Source of the DNA: Holosporales bacterium | GTDB taxonomy: Bacteria > Pseudomonadota > Alphaproteobacteria > RUG11792 | Direction: 5' to 3' | DNA length: 63,155 bases | Assembly (NCBI GenBank): GCA_031262205.1 | Contig: JAISID010000020.1 | Location: forward strand, 1 to 63,155 | Shown here: positions 10,387 to 19,174 of the stretch, in pieces | How the letters are laid out: each line of letters begins with the position of its first letter | Numbering within the stretch: position 1 is the stretch's first letter | The notes under the pieces: model-generated | The model's database searches: none | Seen by the model: only the letters and a program-made list of their open reading frames with translations | Told to the model about the DNA's origin: nothing | Made by a program: the position numbers and the translations under genes

Positions 10387-10450
10387 TTTTTCTTGATAGT
10401 CGATATTTTATAAAGTATTATCAATCCGTTGACGATATTTGGGCAAATAT

Positions 10451-10472
10451 CGTCAGTTCACTGACGTTTTTT
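10451..10472 (+). terminator. Candidate rho-independent terminator after serS-NUDIX
   Basis: CGTCAG-TTCA-CTGACG hairpin followed by TTTTTT. It shares bases with a second hairpin (GACGATATTTG-GGC-AAATATCGTC, 10431-10454). Confidence 0.45.
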
Positions 10473-10512
10473 GGGAGAATACCGTCAGCGCGTCGACGGT
10501 ATTTGGAGTATT

Positions 10513-10713
10513 ATGATTATAAGAACAAAAATAATTAATGAAATTCAGAAAAGCCTATCCCAAAACAAAGTCGTACTTCTTTTTGGAACAAGAAGAACCG
10601 GCAAGACCACTCTTACCCAACAAATCATTGAGCGCTTGAAAAATTACTTAAAAGATATATCGAAGGATTTGATCTCGTCGTTTTTGACGAAGCCCAAAAT
10701 ATTTCAAAATTAA
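10513..10713 (+). pseudogene. AAA ATPase (AAA_14/DUF4143 family), N-terminal remnant
   Basis: Walker A LLFGTRRTGKTTL. A Walker-B-like DLVVFDEAQNI is readable only in a shifted frame at about 10670-10715, so the gene is frameshifted and then interrupted. Confidence 0.65.
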
Positions 10714-10798
10714 CGGAAGAAGATAAGGCTTTCGGCACCAGATGGAGAAAGCAAATGGAAGAGCGTGGATTATTAATACCTGCAAGAGGAGATTGATT

Positions 10799-11227
10799 AT
10801 GAATATTAAAAAGAAACAGATACGGTTAATCGGAGCGTTAGGGCTTTGTTTTATCGTCCTATCGTTTATTGGAAGCAAAGCCGAAGATACTAAAACTAAA
10901 GACGAGCCAATCGTAGAAACTAAAGAAAAATCCGTCGTAGAAGCGGCGACAAAACAAGACGCGGGAACCTGCAAAGGACGTTCCGATCAAGAAACGCGCG
11001 AAAAACTAGCGAGAGACTATAGCAAAGCAACCGCCGAGCTGGTCTTTTCGGCGGCTCCCGTCGGGAAAAATAAAAAGCATATAATTACAAACGCTTTTCA
11101 ATTAATCGCTATAATAGACCAAATATGCCGTCTAGACATGCAGCTTATATTCATGGACGCTAGGCTAAGCGAAATAGTAAGTCGGCTAGACAGAATAGAA
11201 ACTAAACTAAACGAGCGATCTGAATGA
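10799..11227 (+). CDS. Small exported/membrane-anchored coiled-coil protein (unknown family)
   Basis: GAGGAG Shine-Dalgarno about 9 nt upstream of ATG 10799. MNIKKKQIRLIGALGLCFIVLSFIGS is a hydrophobic N-terminus. A charged linker with a TCK motif is followed by a heptad-like C-terminus (LSEIVSRLDRIETKLNE). Confidence 0.5.
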   Translation: MNIKKKQIRLIGALGLCFIVLSFIGSKAEDTKTKDEPIVETKEKSVVEAATKQDAGTCKGRSDQETREKLARDYSKATAELVFSAAPVGKNKKHIITNAFQLIAIIDQICRLDMQLIFMDARLSEIVSRLDRIETKLNERSE

Positions 11228-11351
11228 AGGAACGGGATAAAAATACTAACTTATACGCTGTTAATAGCTAGTTTTTCACTAATGACGTTATTTGTGTTTA
11301 AAGTTATATATAGAGCCGAGAAAAATGAAATTTCAAGAAAGGAAACTACAG

Positions 11352-11585
11352 ATGAAAACAATATTTAAAGTAGCTTTAGGAATATTAGCAATATCGGCCT
11401 GCGGCTACAACGCATACTCGTTCGAACAAGAAGAAATTGCGCGGCAGGAAGAGACCAAGGCGTTAGTCCCTAAGAAAAAAACCAATCGCGTAACTTGTAA
11501 ACAAGCGCTAGCGGTATTAGAATTGAGAATCAAAGAGTTAGAAAAAAAGATCGACGATTTAATAAACGCGATAAACAGGAAGTAA
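11352..11585 (+). CDS. Small putative lipoprotein with coiled-coil C-terminus (unknown family)
   Basis: AAGGAAAC upstream of ATG 11352. MKTIFKVALGILAISAC has a lipobox-like ISAC. A TCK motif is followed by LELRIKELEKKIDDLINAI. Confidence 0.45.
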   Translation: MKTIFKVALGILAISACGYNAYSFEQEEIARQEETKALVPKKKTNRVTCKQALAVLELRIKELEKKIDDLINAINRK

Positions 11586-11632
11586 CTTAAAAAAAATCAT
11601 AGGACGAAGAGGAATTTGTTAATCTTGTATAT

Positions 11633-11938
11633 ATGTTCGACACATTGGACGATTCGGCAAATTGTCTTTTAGATAAACTTGAGGAAGCTGACGGGCATCG
11701 CTTAAACAAAAAAAAAAAGAAAGTGGATTTTTGGCGGAGGCACGAAGATTTCGGGATAAGAGACGACGTTGCGATAGCTATAATCGCGAGATTTTGGGAC
11801 GACGGACAAATGAGACCTAATTCATTTGCGTTTTCCCTTCTCAGAGTCCTTGGAGGAGAAGGGATACGCGAACTTGGATTTGATACAATGCTTAGACGTT
11901 GCGACAGCATAGAAGAATGGAGCCTCGTATCAACATGA
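11633..11938 (+). CDS. Hypothetical cytoplasmic protein, contains A10 tract
   Basis: 101-aa ORF with no recognised family. An A10 homopolymer at 11708-11717 encodes KKKK. Confidence 0.35.
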   Translation: MFDTLDDSANCLLDKLEEADGHRLNKKKKKVDFWRRHEDFGIRDDVAIAIIARFWDDGQMRPNSFAFSLLRVLGGEGIRELGFDTMLRRCDSIEEWSLVST

Positions 11939-12167
11939 TAAGGCTTTTAAGCATTATGAAAAAACGCTGCCTAAACCTATAGCTAAATTAGTCGCGGAAA
12001 TGCCCGAAATAATTACCGACCAATATATAGAGACTTCTATAAAGCCGTTTATAGAATCAAGCGAATCCGACGTTTTTCAAGTTATGAAACAATGCTTATT
12101 CGCTCAATCCAGTTTTGACGCGAAAACTTTCGCTTTTTTAGAACTTTGTAATATTTATATTTTAGCT

Positions 12168-13041
12168 TCATTTTTCTAATAGGACAGGTTTCCTTCACGA
12201 CGTCTTCCCGCAAACTAAAATTATCGCCACTGGTTCTTCAAGTTTCGATTTAGCAAATAAGACAGGCGATCCGCTAGTTGGAAGGAACAGACGCTTTATA
12301 GTCTATCCGTTCTCAATGAACGAACTTCAAAATACCGAGGGAACTTTTATACGCGATGCTAATTTAGAAAACTTCTTAAGATTTGGCGCGTATCCTTGCA
12401 TTTACGGGATGACTGAACAAAACCAAAAGATAGAATTAGAATGTTTAGTTAACGATTATCTTTACAAAGATATCTTAGCTTTTGAGAATATAAAGCATTC
12501 AAGTCAAATCTCAGAGCTGCTTCAATGTTTGGCTTTTCGGATAGGCTCTCTAGTTTCTTTTAACGAACTTTCAAACAACCTATCGATTAGCAAAAACACT
12601 GTGAAAAAATATATCGACCTTCTAGAAAAATGCTACGTAATCTTCACGCTTCCAGCATTTTCAGGAAATCTTAGCAATGAAATTGGGAAAGATAGAAAAC
12701 GTAAAATCTTCTTCTACGACGTTGGAATTAGAAACGCTTTAATCGGGAATTATCAATTTATGAAATTCAGAACCGATGCTGGAGGGATTTGGGAAAATTT
12801 CTGTATTTCAGAACTTATAAAAAAAGCGCAGGAAGAACAAAGAAGACCTCGTCAATATTTTTGGAGAAATTATGAAGGGAAAGAAGTCGACTTCATCGAA
12901 GAGGAAGACGGTGAATTGACGGCATACAAGTTTAAATATAGTCAAGATAAAAAGGCAATCCTACCAAAAGACTTTGAGAAAACATATAATGTGAAAAGTT
13001 TTCACGTCGTTACTAATAAGAACTGGATTGAATATTTCTAG
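12168..13041 (+). pseudogene. AAA ATPase (DUF4143 family), C-terminal remnant
   Basis: The frame opens after a stop at about 12165. It reads ...FLHDVFPQTKIIATGSSSFDL...GRNRRFIVYPFSMNEL..., then a DUF4143-like region (FLRFGAYP..., YLYKDIL, GGIWENF). The annotated Met is at 12316. Confidence 0.65.
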
Positions 13042-13050
13042 AGATAATGA

Positions 13051-13833
13051 ATGTTAAAGTTTAAAATTCCCGATTTTTCTATAGAGCAGATTGCAAACTC
13101 GGGACAGTGTTTTCGGATAAATAAAACAGAAAACGCATGGCAAGTTATAGCTCTCGGAAAAGTTTTAGAAATTCAACAGGTAGATAAAAACTCCTGCGCC
13201 TTCAATTGCTCCAAAGAAGAATACGAAAATATTTGGACGAATTATTTTGATCTTAACAGAAACTATAACGAGATAAAAAAAGCTATACTAGAAACTAAAG
13301 ACGCATACTTAATCAAGGCGGTCGAATACGGATACGGCCTTAGAATATTAAAACAAGACGCATGGGAAATCATAGTAAGTTTCATAATTTCGCAAAGGAA
13401 TAATATTCCCCGTATAAAAAACACTATAAAAAAGTTATGCGTTCCATACGGCGCCTTCTTTCCTTGGGCAAGCGATCTAGCAAAGCATACGGAAAAAGAT
13501 TTTAAATCAATGGGGCTTGGTTATAGAGCAAAATATTTAGTCGATATCGTTAAAGCTGTAAACAGTGGCGACTTTGACATTGAATACCTCAAAAAGTTAA
13601 GTTATCAAGACGCGATAAAATACATGAAACAATTTAACGGAATAGGCGATAAAGTCGCTAATTGCATCGCCCTTTTCGGACTGCATAAAATTGAGGCGTT
13701 TCCTAGAGACGTTTGGATTAATAGAATTATAGAAAATCAATATAACGGTAAATTCAATATCAAACGTTTTGCTGGATATGCGGGCATTGTTCAACAATAC
13801 ATGTTTTTCTACCAACGAAGTTTAGGAAGATGA
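13051..13833 (+). CDS. ogg: HhH-GPD DNA glycosylase, 8-oxoguanine glycosylase (Ogg1)-like
   Basis: Helix-hairpin-helix with candidate catalytic Lys (FNGIGDKVANCIALFGL, compare OGG1 GVGTKVADC) and downstream FPRDVW (catalytic Asp region). Confidence 0.65.
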   Translation: MLKFKIPDFSIEQIANSGQCFRINKTENAWQVIALGKVLEIQQVDKNSCAFNCSKEEYENIWTNYFDLNRNYNEIKKAILETKDAYLIKAVEYGYGLRILKQDAWEIIVSFIISQRNNIPRIKNTIKKLCVPYGAFFPWASDLAKHTEKDFKSMGLGYRAKYLVDIVKAVNSGDFDIEYLKKLSYQDAIKYMKQFNGIGDKVANCIALFGLHKIEAFPRDVWINRIIENQYNGKFNIKRFAGYAGIVQQYMFFYQRSLGR

Positions 13834-14303
13834 AATCGTATAGCTACGACACAAAGATTGGAAAGATAATCGTAGAAGCGGAAGACAATCATATTGTCAA
13901 AGTTTCTTTTAGCCATACCAACGCCGGCAATATGGAAGAAACTCCGCTAATAAAAAATGCGTACGCGCAGATAGCCGAATATCTTAATGGGCAAAGAAAA
14001 GTTTTTGATTTACCTCTCCGCTTCTTAGGAACGAAATTTCAAAATACCGTATGGAGAGCTTTGCTTAAAATACCTTACGGCGAAACAAGAAGTTATAAGG
14101 AAATCTCAAAAACAATAGGGGAAAAGCAAACTTATAGAGCGGTTGGAGCGGCTTGCAAACAAAATCCTATTTGCATAATCATCCCGTGTCACAGAGTCAT
14201 AGGGACAAATGGGAACCTTACCGGATATGCGGGAGGTATTAATATAAAGGAAACTCTTCTTCAAATAGAACGGGAAAATGATACGGCTGAATCATACGTT
14301 TGA
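13830..14303 (+). CDS. ogt: Methylated-DNA--protein-cysteine methyltransferase
   Basis: Active-site IIPCHRVIG and upstream YGETRSYKEIS. There is a 4-nt overlap with the ogg stop. Confidence 0.9.
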   Translation: MKSYSYDTKIGKIIVEAEDNHIVKVSFSHTNAGNMEETPLIKNAYAQIAEYLNGQRKVFDLPLRFLGTKFQNTVWRALLKIPYGETRSYKEISKTIGEKQTYRAVGAACKQNPICIIIPCHRVIGTNGNLTGYAGGINIKETLLQIERENDTAESYV

Positions 14304-14757
14304 ACCAGTATTTAACGAAAACTCAGAAATACTAATTTTGGGAACGTTTCCTTCAGAGAAATCCAGAGAATTTGGATTCTATTATGGACATCCGCAAAAT
14401 CGATTTTGGAAAGTCATCGCTAACATCACAAAAACCTCCCCTATCCCAAATAGCATCGACGACAAAAAAATGATGTTGTTGAAGAACAAAATAGCGCTAT
14501 GGGATATAATAAAAAGCTGCGATATAGAAGGCTCGAGCGACAACAGCATAACAAACGTCATCCCAAACGATCTATCTATGATTTTAGATAATTCCAACAT
14601 TAAACAAATATTTGCTAACGGAAATAAAGCCTGCGAATTGTGTAAAAAATATTTCGTCGACGCCATAATTTTGCCGTCGACAAGCCCCGCAAATGCAACT
14701 TATAATCTGGAAAGATTAATTTATAAATGGACTATAATAACATCTTTTCTGAAATAG
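14278..14757 (+). CDS. UDG-superfamily glycosylase, DNA-deoxyinosine (hypoxanthine) glycosylase-like
   Basis: ILILGTFPSEKS...YYGHPQNRFW resembles the family-6 UDG N-terminal motif, and the C-terminus has LPSTSPAN. It overlaps the ogt end by 26 nt. Confidence 0.6.
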   Translation: MIRLNHTFEPVFNENSEILILGTFPSEKSREFGFYYGHPQNRFWKVIANITKTSPIPNSIDDKKMMLLKNKIALWDIIKSCDIEGSSDNSITNVIPNDLSMILDNSNIKQIFANGNKACELCKKYFVDAIILPSTSPANATYNLERLIYKWTIITSFLK

Positions 14758-15029
14758 AAAAGGGAGCTATCCCTCTATACGTAATGACGATCTGTACCAG
14801 AAACTCTAGCGATTATATAAGTTCTTAGGCGATCATCCTCTCTAACATGCAGTAATAGTTTTATATACACGCTCATTATAAATGAACCGCTTTAAACATA
14901 CTTACAAATTCTTAAAAACTCCAAAGATATATCTTTTATACGAATCCTAATTTGCATGCCGCATGTTATGGGACGATTCCAAATTCTTATTTTGCTACTT
15001 TCACATCAGAGGATGGCTCTAATAAGAAA

Positions 15030-17153
15030 TTATGAATATTTATTTCCAGACAACGATTTTAAATTCTCCACAAAATTTGCAAAAATTGGAAGCGCAACTT
15101 TGGAACCAGTGCAATGCTCGCCTAATGATTTCGGCATTGAATATCCAACAAAAACGCAAACCATATAACTCTTTTCGCCATCCACAATGCAGCCTACAAA
15201 CCAAGCGTCTTTAAAATCATTTGTCGTGCCGGTTTTCCCAAATACATTTACGCCATACTTCTCTTCTAGATATAACAGCCTTTTAGCAGTGCCGTATTTC
15301 ACGACGTCGTGAAGAATATTTTTCATTGTCTCGGCGGTTTCTTCGCTCATTATTCTCTTAGTCTTTACATTGCAGAGGTCGTCCTTAAGACATCTATTCG
15401 AACGCCTTATTTCGGTTACAAACCTTGGGAATACCATAACCCCTTTATTAAAAAATGCTGAAAACGCCGATAACATTTTTAAAGGAGTCGTTTCTACAGC
15501 GCCTAGCACTGCGGAAATAGGCACTTTTTTTCTTACTAGTCCAGCCGAACTTAGAAGTTTAGAAATTGGTTTTAGTCCAATTTCTAAGGCTAAATTAACT
15601 GTAGATAGGTTCCTGGAATATATAACTCCATCCCTCAAATAGGTTTTCCCATAACGTTTCTTAGTATAATTATGGGGAGAATATTTGGAGCCGTCCGGCA
15701 TTAGAATTGCAATGGATTTATCCTCTATAATATCATATTCATCCTTGCCGTTTTCAATCGCCGCAGCGTAAACAAACGGCTTAATAGTAGAGCCTGGCTG
15801 CCTCATCGCCTGGGTTATACAGTTGAACGACGATATGTCAAAACTAAATCCTCCGGCCATTCCAAGCGTGTCTCCGTCTTGCAAATCCATAACGACTATC
15901 CCGCCGGCAACATCTGGAGTTTGATATGGCTCATATGATTTTTTATCGTCTAGGAATCTACATAAAATTACGTCTCCAACATTAAATTGGGCGTCTTTGT
16001 AAACCTCGTTTAATTTTACAACGATTCTTTTTTTATCGTAGGTTTCGCAGATTAAAAACTTTTGGTCAATCTTTCGTACGACGCATGGAGTAATTTTATT
16101 ATTAATAGCGGGAAGTCGTTTATTGATTTCTGCAAGCGATATCGTAGGATCATTGTTCACATTGCCGAGAATTCCCCGCCACTTTTCGGATTTTGTAAAC
16201 TCTATCAAACCGTCTTCGAGAGCCTTTTCAGCGCAATATTGAACTTGTTTGTTCATCGTTGTTTTTATCGAATATCCGCGTCTGAAAAATGAATCTTTTG
16301 AAACTTGTTGAGAAAATATTCTAAATATTTCATCAGAAAAATAGGGAGCGAAAATTTTATGCTTTCTAAACTTTAGGCTAATTGGTTTCGATACGGCGTC
16401 TTTTAATTGAGCTTTCGATATATAACCAAGCTCGTACATTTGATATAAAATGGAATTTCTTTTCATTAATAACTTCGCCGAATCTTTCATACTGATATAT
16501 ACCGACGGAGCGCTTGGTATAGCCGCTAGAAACGCCGCTTCGTGAGCTTCTATTTTCTCAATCGGTTTTTCAAAATAGTAATTGCATGCTTCGACAACGC
16601 CGTAACATCCCTTCCCCAAATAAAGTTGATTAAGATATATCTCGAGAATTTTATCTTTTTTTATAGTAGCTTCAATGCGAAACGCCATAATTGCTTCGCG
16701 TATTTTTCTTGTAAAACTTTTTGTAGCTCCAACTAAAAGATTCTTAGCTATCTGCTGAGTTATGGTGGAACCTCCCGCCGGTTTTTTAGTCCAGGATTTT
16801 TTAGCGGTATTTTCAAAAACCGCTCTTAATAAACTAAGGACGTTTATCCCTGAATGATCGTAAAATTCCTTATCTTCCGCAACGATAAACGCTCCTTTAA
16901 CGACCATAGGAATTTTTTCAAATGGAATAATAACCCTGCGTTCAACGGCATACTCTTCTATCAACTCGTCGTCTGAAGAATAAATTCTCGTCGTCATAGG
17001 CGGGGAATATTCTAGAAGAGTCGATTCGCTTGGCAAATCCCTTCCATAGTAATAAAAGAATCCCCCTAAAAATATTGATATGATAAAGAACGCGCTAAAT
17101 ATGAAAAAGAAGAGACCGCTTAACTTTTTAAGAAGAATCATACGGACTCTCAA
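15030..17153 (-). CDS. mrcA: Penicillin-binding protein 1A (bifunctional transglycosylase/transpeptidase)
   Basis: N-terminal TM segment. Glycosyltransferase motifs (EDKEFYDHSGIN, GGSTITQQ) and transpeptidase motifs (STIKP, SRN, KTGTT). Confidence 0.9.
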   Translation of the reverse strand: MRVRMILLKKLSGLFFFIFSAFFIISIFLGGFFYYYGRDLPSESTLLEYSPPMTTRIYSSDDELIEEYAVERRVIIPFEKIPMVVKGAFIVAEDKEFYDHSGINVLSLLRAVFENTAKKSWTKKPAGGSTITQQIAKNLLVGATKSFTRKIREAIMAFRIEATIKKDKILEIYLNQLYLGKGCYGVVEACNYYFEKPIEKIEAHEAAFLAAIPSAPSVYISMKDSAKLLMKRNSILYQMYELGYISKAQLKDAVSKPISLKFRKHKIFAPYFSDEIFRIFSQQVSKDSFFRRGYSIKTTMNKQVQYCAEKALEDGLIEFTKSEKWRGILGNVNNDPTISLAEINKRLPAINNKITPCVVRKIDQKFLICETYDKKRIVVKLNEVYKDAQFNVGDVILCRFLDDKKSYEPYQTPDVAGGIVVMDLQDGDTLGMAGGFSFDISSFNCITQAMRQPGSTIKPFVYAAAIENGKDEYDIIEDKSIAILMPDGSKYSPHNYTKKRYGKTYLRDGVIYSRNLSTVNLALEIGLKPISKLLSSAGLVRKKVPISAVLGAVETTPLKMLSAFSAFFNKGVMVFPRFVTEIRRSNRCLKDDLCNVKTKRIMSEETAETMKNILHDVVKYGTAKRLLYLEEKYGVNVFGKTGTTNDFKDAWFVGCIVDGEKSYMVCVFVGYSMPKSLGEHCTGSKVALPIFANFVENLKSLSGNKYS

Positions 17154-17190
17154 TAAATTTCAGAAACGGCGTTACGTTTCTTTAACAAAG

Positions 17191-17889
17191 TTAACGACGA
17201 TTACCAAGCAATCTTAGAAGGCTTAAAAATAGATTTATGAAATCCAAATATAAACTCAACGAACCAATAATCGCCCGTTTTTTCAAAGTCTCCTCGTCAA
17301 GCGTTTCATTATAAAACTCTTTAATCTTTTGAACGTCATATGCGGTTAATCCGCAAAAGATCATAACGGAAAGAGCGGACAGACCGATTTGAAGTCCCGA
17401 ACTTTGCAGGAATATATTCACGATGGAACTTATAACAACCGTCCATAAACCGACTATCATAAACGAACCTACGCCAGTTAAATCTTTCTTTGTCACATAT
17501 CCGTAAAGGCTCATGCCGCCGAAAAATAATGCGGCCATAAAGAAGGCGTTAGCAATGCTTTCTCCCGTGTACGCTGCGAAAATAGGGGATAAAGACGCTC
17601 CAATTAACGCAGAATATAGCCAAAATAATCCCTTTGCTTTTTCAGAATCTATTTTATTTATCCGAGCTGAAATGTATATAACGATCCCAATCGTAGCAAG
17701 TATTAACAATATAGAGAAACCGCCGGCTAAAAATGCTAAAACATCGGCATTCAAAGCGCAAACAAACGACACGGCTCCAGTTAAACATAGGGCTAAGAAC
17801 ATCTTATTATAGACAAGCGTCATATATTTTCTAACGCCGTCGCCAGCTAGAATAGGTCCCGAGCCAAAATTACCGTTACTCATAATCAA
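17191..17889 (-). CDS. BAX inhibitor-1/YccA family membrane protein
   Basis: 232 aa and about 7 TM segments. YMTLVYNKMFLAL... and the C-terminal LYLDFINLFLSLLRLLG are typical of the family. Confidence 0.8.
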   Translation of the reverse strand: MIMSNGNFGSGPILAGDGVRKYMTLVYNKMFLALCLTGAVSFVCALNADVLAFLAGGFSILLILATIGIVIYISARINKIDSEKAKGLFWLYSALIGASLSPIFAAYTGESIANAFFMAALFFGGMSLYGYVTKKDLTGVGSFMIVGLWTVVISSIVNIFLQSSGLQIGLSALSVMIFCGLTAYDVQKIKEFYNETLDEETLKKRAIIGSLSLYLDFINLFLSLLRLLGNRR

Positions 17890-18060
17890 TTTCCCTGATA
17901 TAAATATATATGTTCATTATACCACCGCGCCTTATTCAACAAGCAAAATATTTTTCACCATATGAAATAGATTGTTGTTTTTGATAATATTCCCTTAGCA
18001 TTTGTTCTCGCGAATCTTTCCTGTTAACATTTTTACGAGTTTCCCAAATCCGTATAGAAC

Positions 18061-18960
18061 ATGTTCTCTGAAATAATCGATGCAATCTTAGAAAAAAAAC
18101 GATTGTTTGATTATGATTTAAAAACTCTTGAAATGCATATAGCTAATTTTATTTCAAACGACAATTTAAAAACGACGGCTCCATTTATCCTAAAGAAAGG
18201 GAAAAGATTAAGAGCGACGTTATATTTCAATTTCTGGAGGGGAAACAATAAAATTAGCGACGAAATAAAATATAAAACAATAGCGTTAATAGAGATAATC
18301 CACTTTGCCTCAATGCTTCACGACGACGTTGTCGACAATAATTTTATGCGAAGAGAAGAAGCCTCTTTCATGAAAAAATACGGTGGGAAAATTAGTATTA
18401 TTCTCGGCGATTTTATTATTATTCTAGCAATTAAAGAATTCCGAAAATTACATAACGATAATCCAATCGTAAGAAACTTATTTCTTCGAGAATGTTCCGC
18501 GACTGCATACGGAGCATTCCTTGAACAACAATTAAATATTAATTCCACTTTCGCTCAGTATGTTAGGAGCGCATCTCTAAAAACAGGTTCTCTTTTTAAG
18601 TTGCCATGCTTTCTCGCCAATTATTTGTCTACCGGGAATTTTCCATCCGCTAAAAAAATCGCGATTTGGGGACTTTGCATCGGCATAATTTTTCAGGCTC
18701 AAAACGACTTTAATTGCTATAAGTTCACAAGATTCGAGGACTCGGAGGATTATGTTCAAAAAAATATAACATTGCCAATTATAATCTTACGCGACTATTT
18801 TGACTTTGATCTAAAAAAATTCGAGCTCCAAAATCAAAGCAATTACGACGAAATAAAAGATTTAATATTCTCAAAAAAATTTAAGCGTATCGTAGAATCG
18901 CTTTTAAACAAGTACTTAACCGTAATACATAAATTCAGAACCCCCCGGCGTATGATTTAA
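18061..18960 (+). CDS. Polyprenyl diphosphate synthase family protein (IspB-like) with degenerate second Asp-rich motif
   Basis: The first Asp-rich motif is intact (LHDDVVDNNFMRR). The position of the second (GxxFQxxDDxxD) reads GIIFQAQNDFNC. Confidence 0.65.
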   Translation: MFSEIIDAILEKKRLFDYDLKTLEMHIANFISNDNLKTTAPFILKKGKRLRATLYFNFWRGNNKISDEIKYKTIALIEIIHFASMLHDDVVDNNFMRREEASFMKKYGGKISIILGDFIIILAIKEFRKLHNDNPIVRNLFLRECSATAYGAFLEQQLNINSTFAQYVRSASLKTGSLFKLPCFLANYLSTGNFPSAKKIAIWGLCIGIIFQAQNDFNCYKFTRFEDSEDYVQKNITLPIIILRDYFDFDLKKFELQNQSNYDEIKDLIFSKKFKRIVESLLNKYLTVIHKFRTPRRMI

Positions 18961-19174
18961 CTTTTTATATTCTTCCAAAACTTAGAAAATAATTAGATTG
19001 GTAAAATACAAATGAAATCAGTATAAATAATCCTAGCTCTAAATTTATTATCAAATATATGTTTCAAACGTCGGCAGATAATATCGATTAATTTAATTCG
19101 ATATACTTTTCCTTGAAACAAATAATAGCAATGTTGTAATGTTAGTATTGTTTTTATAACGGAATAGATACGAA

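Noticed and set aside
11940-12178. Open frame ...KAFKHYEKTLPKPIAKLVAEMPEIITDQYIETSIKPFIESSESDVFQVMKQCLFAQSSFDAKTFAFLELCNIYILASFF within the ATPase-interrupting segment
   Set aside because: The longest Met-initiated version is only about 59 aa, with no ribosome-binding site or recognisable family. It is mentioned under the insertion finding rather than annotated.
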